A model generated the notes under the pieces. That model did not search any database, was not told where the DNA came from, and was given only the letters and a program-made list of their open reading frames with translations. Below, in pieces: positions 11,392 through 25,300 of a stretch of 64,000 nucleotides of DNA. Every line of letters starts with the position of its first letter. The stretch's first letter is position 1. This stretch comes from Geosiphon pyriformis uo1 (Eukaryota > Fungi > Glomeromycota): contig JAAOMT010000617.1 of NCBI GenBank assembly GCA_016748015.1, forward strand, positions 938,635-1,002,634, written 5' to 3'. Both the position numbers and the translations under genes were made by a program.

Positions 11392-14300
11392 CTACACAGC
11401 TATATAGACAGAAGTTGAATCACCAATGCTGGAAAAAAACATACAAGACTTGCGAAAACCAAAATGCACACCAAAAGCTTCATTAATACCAAGCAAATTA
11501 ACCACACCAGCAGAAAGCTGTGAAGTCAAACCAGAAACTGAAATAGAAAATGCACCATCTAAAGGAATCAGTCTGTGCTTTTCTATATAGGCATAGTGTT
11601 TGGTCCGAACCAACCAGATCTTATCTCTAAAAGCGAGACCAAGAGAACACGCAAAATTAACGACTTCCAAACATGCCACCTTGAGATTATGGAAGACGAA
11701 AACAGTTTCACCAAATCATTTATCAAAAACAAAACCCTTATGGAGAGCCATAGACACTGAGAACCCTGAAACACAAGACGACAACAACTACAACAAAACC
11801 AAAGAAGAGACAGAAGAACCAGAAAGTGTTTCTCAAGAGTTCATGTGAGAATCTAACAACCGATGCTGAGCAGAATCATTGACCTTACAAGAAAAAACAT
11901 GATCCAACACCTCTACATTACCACAATATAGACACAATACACTGGGATAAAGTCTATTATAAAGCCATTTTCGAACAGCCACAGGCAACTGATGGTGCAA
12001 AGCCTTCATAAAATAAGAGTGCGCATTAGCCGAAATCTTGCTAGTGAAACCGGTGGCCATATGCAAATTAGGATGCCACACCAAAGAAGAGCGGGACCAA
12101 TCAACATCAGCACACAAGTTGACAGGCAAAAATTTAGAACCAGACCCCACCTTCCAATGTGCACAACACATGGCATGAAAAGTGTCACGGACAAAGTGCT
12201 TTGAATTGACAGAGACAACGTTGCCATCAGCCATCAAAAAGTGTTCATCCAGACGAGGAGGAAGAAACCAGTCAGAAACAAAAACAGCACCGGCAATCAC
12301 ATCAGCATGCTCGTTTCCCGAAATCCCAGAATGACTTTTGACTTTGTGCCAGTTAACTCTTAGGCCCTTACTGTAAATGACGTTGGCAATGTGCCAATGC
12401 TCAACCCAATACCAATTACAGAAATCAGGAACCACCAAACCCAATTCCGACTTGTAAGCATCCAAAGCAGACTGACTATCTGAAAATAAATAAACAACAC
12501 TAAAAACAGGAACACACTTGAGAGCCAACGCAATTGTCTGTAACTCAGCCATGGTAGATGACATCAACCCAGACACGCCAACACCCAAACCCACACCAAT
12601 GTCCTCGAAAAAGGCCACAGCACCTGCTTCACAGCCAACCGTACTCAAATTTCTCAATGACCCATCTGTGTAGACCAATAGCACCCTTGCATTGACTTGC
12701 AAAAGACAATCACAGACAGACACAAAACCAGAGGAACCCAGAATGTTCAAGGGACCAATATTAGCAAGAAAAGGGATGCGGACAGGAGAGGAATCCTCAC
12801 TAGCAAGAAACACAGCAGAAAGTCTGAACCACTCAGGAATAGGGCCACGGGGGTCCAGTTTCTTCCATCACTTAAATGTGGACCAATCAAAGACAGTACC
12901 ATAATGATCACAAAGTTGGTCTACAAAGGCCACACTATACCACCGAAGCAAGGGGAGACACCTAAAGAAAACTGATTCACCCAAAACAGTTGACATGGGC
13001 ATCCCACTATTGGCATGAAAGGAATTGGGAAAGGATCCATCCAATGACAATTTGCAATTATAAAGCATGTGAACCACACCCACCAAAAAATTATTAGAGA
13101 CACTAACACAAATGCGAACAGGAGAACTCAATGGATAAATAGGGCGCCAACACAAAACCTGCAGGTCATGAGACCTATTAGAGAACAAATGTCCCACAAT
13201 CTCACCAGAGTTGGCAAAATTAATAAGAGAAGCAACCTTGTCTTCAGACTGAATCTGCAGGAAAGATCTCAAACTATAAAAGGAGGGGTGGTGGATCGAA
13301 TCACTAGGAAAGTCGAGCGGAAGTCCAGATTTGAGCTTTAGGCCCTTACAAATCATAGTATCCCACTTGTTGCAAATGCCTATAGGAACAAAGCTAAATT
13401 GTGTCCTGTAGCTAATTATAGGTTGGGGAACTGCTGAAACCAAATATAAAAACTGCTTATCTGAGATAGCTTTTTTCAGAACCAAATTTGTAAAGAAATG
13501 AACGTCCAAATGTGCCTTAGCTAAACTGGGTTTGGAAAGGCCCTTAGTTAACAGAAATATGCCCAAATACCAATGGAATTCACCCTTTTTGGCAACAGAG
13601 ATAGGTGAACCACTAATGAAAAGAGCAGGATTTCCAACTTTACAATTGATAGAAATAGCTACTGTCTTGTCATTGTTTATTGAGATGTCATTAATCTGAA
13701 AAAACTCACTAGTAATGTTCAAAATGTGTTGAGTAGCTCTCTGACTACTGCCAACCCAAATTGTATCATTAACAAAGACACCAGTGGCAAAATAGGAAGA
13801 AAGCCCAACTTGCGATTCGACACAACCACTTTTGGAAACAAAATGAGAAATTAGTCTATACCCACAGACACTCTTCTGACACTTGACTTTGCACAAAAAG
13901 GGATCATAAAAAATGCACCACAGGAGGGGGGAAAAGACCTCTCCTTAATCTAAACCATCATAGACATAATAACCATCTGTCAAACCAAAATCTGTTATGA
14001 CTCGATTAGTGTGATCTTTGTGAATGCCACCAAAAAACCGAATAAACTTGTCGCACATTTTAATTCTGACCAAACACTTCTCCAAATGTTCCCAGCCAAC
14101 AGAATCATACGCCTTCCTCATATCTTGCAAGACCAGCCAAAGCTCTCAGTTCTTTTCCAGAACATCTTCAACAACTGAATTAACTGCAAAAATGGAGGAC
14201 TGTGTTATTGTACCTTTCAAAACTGAAAAATTGTCACCATGAAGGACATCATGAGTGCTGCATGCTGAAGAAATTCTGTCTGAGAGTATTTTGGAGAGAA

Positions 14301-16080
14301 TCTTGTGAGCTGTCTCAATCAGTGCAATAGGACAAGTATTTGTAAGAACACCTTCCCATTTATACGGTTTGGGAATCATCAAAACCCAAGCTTCTCTTCA
14401 AGGGCCAGGGACAGATTCCTCAGACAGGCAAAAGTTCAAAAGCACCAAGAGCATATTAAGGACTGAAATATCGTAATGTTTCCAAAGCTCATTCGAGATA
14501 CCCAAAAGGCCAGCAGCTTTGCCATCCGGCAGGTTGGAAACAACCTCAAACAATTCATCGAAGTCGATCACACCCATTACACCAGAAAAAGCTTTGTCGA
14601 AAACATAACCTAAAGGATGATACTGGTGAGACCATTCATCATTAATGTCGAGCACCATCCTTCGCTTTCTAGTCCAGCCTTCCATAATCTCATCCACCTT
14701 AGACTTCACAGGAGCAGGATCCAACACCAGCTCATCCTCCACCACCAAATGATCTAAAACTACCTTGCGGAAGAGTCATTCCAAAACACTACGTACAGTA
14801 TGATCTTTGTTTAACTCAAAACTCTTCATTCTCTTGTCAATTGCTGACTTGATCTGAGATTCTTTGGCACAGTTTAATTCTAACAACTTAGATGAATGGT
14901 AAGATTTCCTTATCCTGGTCAAAGCTGAATGAATGGCATCAAAATGAGAACCCGAAAGAAAGAAAGACTCCACAACAGAAGCATTAGCAGTATCAATTCC
15001 CTTCCATGTGTCAAGTAGAGAAACAAATTCCTCATGAGAGACCAGACGAGAGGCTTTAACAATCTTCAACACCAAAAGTTCTAATTTGTGAAATCTGGAT
15101 GATTCTCTATTATAAACACTGTCAAAACTTTTAAACCATTTTTTTTTGAAAACATTTTCAGCCGACAAACACACCACTTAGCAAAGGTGACTCCACATTG
15201 TGTCCAGGTCCAAACATATCTTGGCAGCATAAAATTTATCATGAAACATGGCAGCATTTGCCGAAGTATCCTTTTTAAACTTGATTCAATTGGCATCACC
15301 AGCATTCACAAAATTGTACTTCCAATGATCCTTATTTGCTTGATTGTGCAATGAGTTCAACTGCACATCCAGCAAACCACCAAGACCCACAGAGACAGAA
15401 ACAGCTTTATGATTAGTGTCAAAATACTCTTCGACACCAGACACATCATGATCCAAAATGGTATTAACAAGACTTGACGACACAAACACATAATTAATAA
15501 CTTTAGCCACTCCATGAGAATTGTTCCACGTAGCATTCTTTCCAAACAAGCTTCTGCTCAAAGAGTTGACCAAACCCAAATCAAAGCATTTTCTTAAGCT
15601 GGCACTTTTGCAAGAACCATCTTCATTGAAGTCACCACCCAAGATGATGAAGGAAGACTTATTTACTGCCCTCGCAATTAAAAAATTGATATCATCTACC
15701 TAAGAGAAATGTACTGCCAAAGATGATCTAGCATATAGCCCCAAAATTGACACAGACAGTTTATTTTTGAAGAGAAGCTTAACAGAAAGAAACCAGTCAG
15801 AAATGTCTAAAACCTTACACACATGCCAAGCCAAGAAATTGTTCATAATGATTGCAATCCCAGAACCCATGTGATCAAAACTCAAACCAGAAGTAAAAAC
15901 CCAAATGCCAACAAACTTGTTCATAATCCAAGGACGAACCCCATCTTTCAACTTAGTCTCAGTAACAATTGAAATCATATTGTTTATTTCTTTATGCCAA
16001 CGAATAATATCCTCCTGTTTCGTAGAATTGTTCATACCTCTAACATTGCATGTGGCAATTTTCCAAATATAACTGGTCAT
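11392..16080 (-). pseudogene. LINE-1 ORF2: APE endonuclease, reverse transcriptase, RNase H, C-terminal Cys/His finger
   Basis: IATCNVRG, VTETKL, GGDFN, DTNHKAV (EN); PIALIET, QDMRKAYDSV, FVNDT (RT); VYTDGS, AELQ, FSDSQ, KVKSHSG.GNE.AD (RNase H); CLYC...HVFSC. All ORF-track fragments share one frame and are broken only by point stops. Confidence 0.92.
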
Positions 16081-16898
16081 TGAGATGAGAAGAGGACCAG
16101 AGAACCCGAACCAGCACACATTTGCTCCAACTTCGCCAAAATTGAACCAATGGAGGCATCGAGAGCAACCAACTTCGATTCTAAAACACCAACTTTAGAA
16201 GTCAGCACCTTGGAACTGCTATGACCCAATTGAGAATTATCATTGCTAGAAGGAAAAGAAATGGGTTGAGTCAAAGGAACGTCTAACATCATGTTGGAAT
16301 CCAAGTCAGAATTAGCCACCATAAGAGAACCAGAAATAGACGGTTGAGGAGTATTTACTGGAGGAATTATATTAGAAAGAGAAGTTAAAGGCACCAAACT
16401 GAGATTGTTAAAACGAAGAAGAATGTTCAAAATTTGATCAGATAAAAGCTCTACAGAGTGTTCCAAACATGCCAAACACACACCCAAGGGGACATCAACC
16501 ATAGAGAAAGGAGAAGGGGTATCACCAGAACTTGAAGCACCAATGAGCAGAGAACCAGAACCAGAGCCATCAAGAGAACCACGAGAGACCAAAGCAACTG
16601 AGACCACTTGGGCCCAGGATTTGCCTCCAAAAGCGACAGGACGAGAGATCGGAACCTTCTTTTTAGCATATAATTTGGCCAACTGGAGATGAGTATCCAA
16701 GTTAGCAGGCTTTTTAAATGACTTGGGTGACTGAGAAACTGATGCAACCTCAATATCACATTCCAGAGCAGAATGACTGAACTTCTTACACCGTTCACAG
16801 CGAACCAAATCCAACCTAGCCCATGAGAATTTCACTCAACCAAAGATTGGCTCTGTGTAAAAAGCTGACTCCATAGCTTCATCAGATTCAAAACATAC
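16077..16898 (-). pseudogene. LINE-1 ORF1, C-terminal part (CCHC knuckle, coiled coil)
   Basis: CERCKKFSHSALEC; its TGA overlaps the ORF2 ATG (ATGA at 16080-16077). Confidence 0.85.
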
Positions 16899-17588
16899 TG
16901 TTATGGTTGAAACACATAGTTTTTATTAATTATCACATGTATTAGCCACTGATGTTATATAATTAGCCACCCTATTTTTAGATATTGATCATTGACCTAA
17001 TCAATGACCTGACCATTGACCTGATCATTGACCTGATCATTGACTTGATTATTGACCTGGTCATTGACCACTTTAGATAGCTATATAAGCAATGATTCTT
17101 TTAGCTGTAGAAAGACATGATAAAAGTAATGAAATAAACAATATCAATTACTTTCTCTCATAATCACTTATTCTCCTTTCCTTACCTTCAAGTATCTACT
17201 TGTTGGCATTCACATACCTTATCTTTTCCCCTTCTTGATTTGTATTTATTAGAATTAGCCTGAGAAGCAATTGGCTTGCTCTTGTAATTTATTGAATAAA
17301 GAAATGATTGAAAAGTACAATGATACCTGTTATTGATTCTAAGAATTGCCGAGTTAAGGCATAGAATAATAGCAGCGGTGTTATCTTGTTGACAATCACA
17401 GACTATTCCTCTACCTTCAGATTTAAGAAAAGATTAGTGACTGTGATTTTTATGAGACTGATCATGCACATTGAATTCCTACTTATTCAATTTGCTCCCT
17501 TATTGTAATTCCTTCTTTGTTTATTTCCATCACCATACAATACTGTTCTTCTTTGCTATCTGTTAGCTTGTTACTCCAACCTGTAACA
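16899..17588 (+). repeat. Element A 5' LTR (690 bp)
   Basis: Matches 34061-34738; 12-bp tandem array at 16985-17070 and TATATAA at about 17082. Confidence 0.95.
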
Positions 17589-17594
17589 TAAAAG

Positions 17595-17611
17595 TGGTGC
17601 TCCTTGTGAAG
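17595..17611 (+). promoter_or_regulatory. Primer-binding site of element A, probably elongator tRNA-Met
   Basis: TGGTGCTCCTTGTGAAG, 6 nt after the LTR; resembles the complement of eukaryotic elongator tRNA-Met 3' ends (TGGTGCYCCNTGTGAGG). Confidence 0.65.
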
Positions 17612-17640
17612 TTGTCAAAATTCACTTATTCCCTTATTGT

Positions 17641-19194
17641 ATGGGTGATTACTCATATCTGCCACAGCAATTAGAAGAACACTTTGCAGCACACAACAGA
17701 AATGACCAAAGTTTCATTGAACTTAATCCTCTGCCCTTCTGCTTGATCTGCTTCCCCCTTAAAGAACAATCCAGTAGACAATTCCAAGACTTTTGGAACT
17801 GGTTCCTGAATGAGCATTCAGCTGAAACCTACACAGCTTATACAACTTATTACTTTGACCAAGCTTATTTTGAAAACGACTTTGAAAAAAGAAACAACAG
17901 TATCAATCAGCTCTTATATTCTGCAACCTTTGAACAACAGCCCTCTGATTTCGAATATCTGAATCATCAAATCCACATTTGGATTGCTGCCCATCAAGCA
18001 ACTGAAACTCCCTTTGAAACAGAAGAAGAAAGCTATCAAACTGCCCCTGTTTTTGATCTTTTATCAAGCGAATCAGACTCGTCTATACAAACAGTTACCC
18101 CTGAACCAATGGCTAATGACCCCATGCAAGCAAACATTCTGGCCGCCCTCCAAGGTATACAAACTGCTCTAGGGCAAAGAAACAACACCCCAATACCATT
18201 ATTTAGAGGTGATGCACAAGATCCAATTGAATGGTTGGATGACTTTGAAAGAGCTGCTACAGCCAATTAATATGACAATGAGTACAAGTTCCAAATTGTC
18301 GGTGGCTATCTTCAAGGATCCTCTGCTACCTGGTTCTCACAAGAAACAGATGCCAATGCCCAGCAAAGAATTGTTAGATGGACACCAGCAAATGTGGGAG
18401 AAATCAACACTTCTTTCACTACCCAGTTTGAAAACAAGTTCAAAACCCCAATATTAATATCAAAATGGTGTATGGAATTGGAAAGAAGAACCCAAGGTCC
18501 TGGTGAAGTTGTAACCGAATATGCCAAAGCAATCAGAAAGTTAATCAAATGAGTAGACACTGGAAGAAATTAGACAGAAGAGCAGAAAATTCACTCCTTC
18601 ACAAAAAGATTGAGAACTGATCTATCGTATGCTCTTTGGCCCCTCCTGGCTCTGAAAGATAATCCCACCATGAATATGGCCATTGAATTAGCACAAAGAA
18701 TTGAAGATAACCAAAGGATGCACTTGGGATCCACACTACCAGTTTTTGCTCCTGTTTTTGTCATGGCTCCTGCCCCTCAAATGGCTGCTACTTCTTTTGC
18801 CACTCACACTCAAGATCCAAATGAACAGTTAATAGACAGACTCACAGCAAATCTTGCTCGGTTATTAGAACTCTTAGCCCAAGCAGTCAGAGAAAATCAG
18901 CAACCACAAAGACCCAGATTTGAACCACGCTTCAATCAGCCCCAGCAACCACCTTATCAAAGACAACAAAATCGTGGCCCACTTGTATGCTATCACTGTG
19001 GATTAACTGGACACTTTTCAAGAGATTGCAACAATCCTCCACTGCCTCCATCAGTTCCCAGAAACAATGATACTCAGAACAACAGGATCAACAACAACAA
19101 TGTGCCCAACCAAAGACCCAATCATGCCAACATTAATTTCTTTGGAGAGGATCCCCTAGTTGAAGCCACTGTTTATCAGCCTTTAAACTGGTAG
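17641..19194 (+). pseudogene. Element A gag
   Basis: FRGDAQDPIEWL capsid region, QGPGEVVTEY, CCHC knuckle CYHCGLTGHFSRDC; one frame with point stops. Confidence 0.88.
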
Positions 19195-19224
19195 GCGCAC
19201 CTCCAAAGGGTGAGAGTGCAAGCC
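19182..19224 (+). promoter_or_regulatory. -1 programmed ribosomal frameshift signal (T TTA AAC plus downstream hairpin)
   Basis: Heptamer is in gag phase (CCT TTA AAC TGG TAG); the -1 frame is open into pol; GGC-GCAC-CTC/GAG-GTGC-GCC stem follows. Confidence 0.75.
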
Positions 19225-21296
19225 AACCAAAAGAAAACTCCTTTTACGCTTTTAACTTAACTGATGATGACCATGACATGAATGAATTAGCAATCAACCC
19301 CTCTGAATCCACAAGAAAGAAGAAGAAAGCCAAAGTTGATTTCGTTCTAGACCCCAATAAAGCTTTTACATCAACTGCTGACAACAATGAGCCCCCAAAA
19401 GCCAAAGTTTTCAAGAACCCTCCAAAGTTGGAACCCCCAGAAATAGTACAAAAATCCGGTCCCTATTCTGTTGTCAAAGACCTTATGGAAACCCCAGCAC
19501 ATATAATTTTTGGCCAATTAATAACCCATCCACAATTTAGAAAAGATCTTCACAAATCCCTGATTCCAAAGAAAAAGACACCCAAAACCAACAAACGCCT
19601 TCGCCAAGCTGGACTTGCTGACAATAGCAATATTACTCCTCTAATTTATAAAGCCCAAGTGGCTGGCTACTTCATCGATTTGATCCTAGACAGTAGATTA
19701 TCTGTTAGTGTTATTGCCAAACACTTTCTTGAAGCAATTGGCAGAAAAATTGATGAACCATCCACATGACCAATGACCAATGTGCATGGTGATAAGAAGA
19801 AAGGGCTTGACATAGCCAAAGCTATTCCTGTTCGCATCAATGGCATCAGCATTGAAACTGATATGGAAGTGTTTGAAGCAAAAGAATACATCATCATTGT
19901 TGGCAATGAATGGCTCAAAAAAACAAAGGCTTTGCTTGATTATGAACTCTGTGAACTAACCATCAGATGTGGTGAGAAACCCATTATGGTTAAGTGTCGC
20001 CATTGGACAATTCCCCCAGTACCCAAGCAGAGCCCAGAAGAAAATGAATCAGATGAATCAGATAATGAAGAAAGTGAAAAACAAGAAGAACAAGAAGAAC
20101 AAAAAGAATCTGCTGAACTTGCCTATATCATCTTCACTAGCAATGGCAAACCACTGGATAATGTCAAGGCAGATAAAAAAAGAATCATTGTCAATGGCAA
20201 GCTGATCTGCTGGCCTTATTATGACATGCTCAGAAGAACCTTTGACAGAAAGCCAGGCAAGAAAGCCAAATACAGTTATTGGTGGCATGGTCCTTGTGCC
20301 CGGTGCTGGTGCGACAAACCATTGTATTCTCCTAATGATGAATGCATGTCCTGCCTGATCTATTACAAAGATTGGGAACCAATCAGCTTGATACCCCAAG
20401 AGGAAATAAAAGAAGTCCAAAAGTCCTTTGAAAATGAACCACCTGAAATCCAATCACTGGTTGTAGAACAAAGAGAACCCTCTCTAGAAAAAAGAAAAGT
20501 AGACATTGAAAACCTGCTGGCTAGAAACAGCCCAGTTATCTCAAAAGAAGATGAACCTCCTGGACATACACATGTGATACAACACACCATCATTACCAGA
20601 GAAACTCGCCCCATCCATTTAAAGCCCTATCAATCTAACTGGCGCAATAATAAGTTTATCAAAAAGAAAATAACCTGAATGAAAACCCTTAGATTCATAC
20701 AGGAAACCAAGAGTGAATGGGCATTCCCAGTTGTAGTGGTATCCAAGAAAAGGGAAACCCTATGCTTTTGTGTTAACTATCGCCAATTAAATACCATTAC
20801 TGAAAAAGACATGTACCCACTTCTCAAGATTGATGCAATGCTAGACCAATTCCATGGTGCCACTTTCTTCTCAACCATTGACTTAACTGCTGGATTCTGG
20901 CAAGTAGAGATGGATCCAGAAAGCAGAAAGAAAACTGTCTTTATTACCAAGTATGGTACCTATGAGTTCACAGTCATGCCTTTTGGTCTCACAAATGCTC
21001 CTCCCATATTTCAATGCTTAATGGACAAAGTATTTGAATCAGTAAAAAAAAACTTTGTTCTGGTTTATTTGGACGACATAATGGTATACTCAAAAACCTG
21101 GGATGAACACCTTGAACATTTGCAAAAGGTTTTTGACCTCCTTAGAAATGCTGGTCTCAAGATCAATCCAATCAAATCATTCTTTGGATGTCAATTCACC
21201 TAGTTCCTTGGCCATCTTATTACAAAAGATGGAATCTTCCCTGATTCAGCCAAAATTGAAAAAGTTCAAAACATTAGACAACCAATGAATGTTCAT
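19188..21296 (+). pseudogene. Element A pol, 5' part: protease, small Cys-rich insert, RT
   Basis: LILDSR (DSG site), IIVGNEWL, WAFPVVVV, VNYRQLN, MPFGLTNAP, VYLDDI. Confidence 0.9.
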
Positions 21297-22278
21297 TGTT
21301 ACCAGACGAAATTAGAGATATTATTTAGCATAAAATTATCTTATAATTCTTATCATTAATTAGCATATATTATCATTTCAAATGATTACTTATTACATTA
21401 GCAAAAATGTCCGAAATTATCATTTAATTAATAACCCAAATTGTACACAACACAAATGTAACCTAATTGCGATGATCAATCATGCAATACCCCGAACTAT
21501 GTAACATTCAAAAAGTTTGCTGAAATTTGTAGAAATTTGCCGAAATAATTGATAGTTCACCGAAATATCTAATAGTTCGCTGAAATAACTTATAGTTTGC
21601 CGAAATGTATCTTTAGTTCAGCGAAATTTTAGAAAATAGCAAAGTTCAAGTTCATAGAATAGTGTTACGACAAGTTGTATAAAAGAAGAGCTTCTCTCTT
21701 CGAGAAAATGTATCTTACTTTAGATTTATCTCTTAAAACCGTTCCTATACACACAAAAAGAAATAAATATCAAATAATTCGAAAAACCAAATTCTTTAAT
21801 TATTGTACTTGGAAAATCCCCAAAACCCAACTAACATTTTGAAATTGATTAGCTACCAATTTCAGTAAACTGTTAGTGACTCCAGGCCTGGATAGAAAAC
21901 GTTCCCTTGATAAGATCCTATTTCTTTTACACTTCTTTTATTTTTCTTTCTTTTCTTATTACAATCATTAAGGTAGTCTACAGACGAGATTCCTGTAGAA
22001 GAGTTGACTTTCACAGCAAAGTAACTACACATTTTTTTTAGTGAGCTTCCAGACGAGCAATTCCTGGGAAAGAGTTGACATTTACTACAACGTAACTACA
22101 TAAAGCAACTGGCATGGAATTGGCCATTCCACTCATAAGCCTAGCAAGTTCAAATTATAGGAGATAATTTGAAGATAAATTCAGTTACTGGAGGTTCAAC
22201 CACATCCAAAAAACGTGAATTCACAGCAAATAAGTATCAACAACATTACAGAAAAGAGACCAAAAACCTCCAGTAACA
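21297..22278 (+). repeat. Element B 5' LTR (982 bp)
   Basis: TGTTACC...GTAACA; matches 30493-31431. Confidence 0.95.
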
Positions 22279-22323
22279 TTTGGTGCTCTCCCACAGAAAC
22301 AACACAGCAAAAACAAATTCAAA

Positions 22324-25300
22324 GTGGTGACCACACCAGATGCAACAACTCTAGAGTATTATCAATCAATTTACACCCACTGCAAGCAAAGATTCAACAT
22401 TCCAGACGGAATTGAAATTGTCAAGAAATCAGTATACCAATACATTGAAAACCGCATCAACAATTATCTTTTTGAAAATTACAATATCTCAGAAGTTAGA
22501 AGCAACTTTTATAATAATTTAGCACACTATTCACAGTTGGGAACTGAAGACCTTAATAGTGAAACACTTGCCACTTACTTTCACAAACTTAATTATAACA
22601 TTATCAAATACTGTGAAGAAACATATCCAGTGCAGTCTCAATACACTATTGATTTTGAATCGGAAACAGAAACAAGCAACAAAGGCAAAAACAAATTAAA
22701 GCAATATTCAAGAACCACCCCAAATACTCCAACACTACCGAAAACAACTGCTAAACATTTACAAACACCTGAACAAGGAACCAGTTCAAAACTTCCACTT
22801 ACTATCACACTTTTTCCAGCCTCACTTGTACAAGCACAAACACCTAATTCACCCTTGAATCGATTTGTAAGACCAGAAGATTTTACATCACTCAGAAGTC
22901 CCATCAGACAACAAAAACCCCTTCAAACTAGTTCCAATCTCCTTGATTTTCTAGCTGAAAATCAAAGTGAACACTCTGAGACAGCAGCAAACGAAGAAAA
23001 CAACTCTGAAATAACCGAAGAAGAATCAATAGACAGTGAAAATGAAGAAAACAAAATGACAACATACATCGCAAAAATCCCTGAATTCAATGGAGAAGAT
23101 ATTGAGACCAGTCCCCAAGAATAGCTTGACCAAGTTACTAAAGCTGGAGATGCAAATGGATGGAATGCTGCCAGAATGTTAAGAACAATTCCCTACTTTC
23201 TTAAAAGAACAGCAGGAGAATGGTTTGAAAACCTTGCCACCCCATTCAATGATTGGAATGCTTTCAAAGCAGTCTTCCTTGAACAGTTCACTGACAATAA
23301 TACTTCTATCACTCTTCACAATTGTTTTCGAAATATCAAACAAGAACCCTCCGAATCCGTTATGACTTATATTGGGAAATTCAACAAACTTCTCAGATGG
23401 ATTCGCCAACTCGAGACAAATGATTATTATTCCGATGCTCAAATCTTGGATCAATTTATTGCTGGTCTAAAAGATAAACTAATTAAAAAAGTTTGCCCAC
23501 ATGCACCAGAAGATTTAAACTCTGCAATACAGCACACAAAAAAATATGAAATGGCCATAGAAGAAGCCAATCGTACAAAACTTGTAAATTTGGCAATTGG
23601 AGAAACCAGTTCAGCAGCTGAGAAAAAAATTAACCAACTCACAAAGAAGGTCAAAAACTATTTTACCAACTAACAACAACAACCCCAAAGATATCAACCA
23701 CCCCAAAGACGAAATCAAAATAACTTTGCACCACTTTCAAATAACCAGCCCCAGAATTGCCATTACTGTGGAATCTCTGGCCACTGGAAAAGAGATTGCA
23801 GAAAGCTACAGCGAGACCAACAAAACAGAGGTAATCAACGTTACTCTCCACCACAGCAATCTTATTATCAACCATTACCACCAGCTTACTATCTACCAAG
23901 ACCCCAATACCAAAATAACTATTATCAGCCTGCTCCACAACCAATCCAACAGCAATACTAACAACCACCCACACAACATTATCAAGTACCTGCTCGAAGA
24001 CTGATTACACAAAATCAATTCACACCACAAAACCGATACCAAGTAAACAACAATAGAATCAGTCTGAACAACCAATTGGTTCCCCAAAATACCACTCAAC
24101 CAAAATCCAACCCTTACCACACTCAACCCAGTTATTTAACAATGCTGGAAGAACAGAATTTTCACCATACTGCACCCTTGGAAGGTAGAGCTGCAGCCCA
24201 ACAACAACGAAACCCTTCTCATAACCACACCACTATTCCACCAGCCCGAATTGCTGAAAATGTCAATCTCTCTGATATCTTTCCTTTTGAATTTAAAGCA
24301 AATGAATCACCATTCTTGCTTAGCAATACAGCAGCTAATGAGCAAAAAGTCATCACTACAATGTACGCAGAAGCTGAAGTAGAAGGAAAGCCAATTCGTT
24401 TGATCCTAGACAGTGAATCTGCCGGAAGCATTATTACCTACCAGTTAATGCAACAGTTGAAAAAAAATGTCGACCGACCAGCTCAAACAGTAATCGTCAC
24501 TGCCAATAGCATGAAAAAGACTCCAGTAGGAGAAATTGACAATTTTCCATTCACTCTTGATGGAATCACCATTCCAGTTAAAGTTCTTGTAATGGATGCA
24601 CCCCAGTATCAAGCCCTCATCAAAAATGATTGGCTTCAAAAAGCCAATGCTAATCTGAACTGGGAAACACAAGAGTTAACAATTTCCTACCAAGGACAAC
24701 ACGCCTGGGTACCTGCCATTTGTGGTACATTCAACAAACGCTCTGAAAAAGCCCTGGCTTTTGAATTTGAACCAGAAGAAAAAAAACCAATAATCAAAAC
24801 ATTCATGGCTCTTGGATCAATGTCCAACTGGGCTGATAAAACAGAACAAGAACATTTTACACCACACACTAAACCCGAAACCTCTGGATGGAATATACCT
24901 TACTCAAAACCCGAACCAAAAAAACAATGCCCCTATATTCCCCTTAAATGTAAGGACGGCCACAAAAAACTATCATTAATGGGAGCCTGCATTTCACCTG
25001 AAAAAGAATATGAGAATCATACTTGTTATTACTGCAAGGCTTGTCACAGAGAGTGATGGAGCCATCTAATAAAAAGAAGCGGAAAATGGGACAACACCCC
25101 TTGTTTGACTTGTGGGGATATGCTACCAGAAGAATGCAATTGAATTGATGTAGCAATGAGAGGAGGCATCTGCGATCAGACCTGCCAATATGCTTTATCA
25201 ATTTCAGAAAAAGTAAAAAGAAGAACACCCTTTAATGCAGCATACAACCGTGCTCTCAACAAACTTTATCACTACCCTCATGATGCCGAGATGATTTTCG

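Noticed and set aside
16985-17070. Short repeat arrays in LTRs as a CRISPR-like array
   Set aside because: No unique spacers, no cas genes, eukaryotic context; they are U3 tandem repeats
19171-19208. 38-nt GT-AG intron joining gag and pol of element A
   Set aside because: Much shorter than host introns here and without a pyrimidine tract; an in-phase slippery heptamer plus hairpin explains the junction better (not formally excluded)
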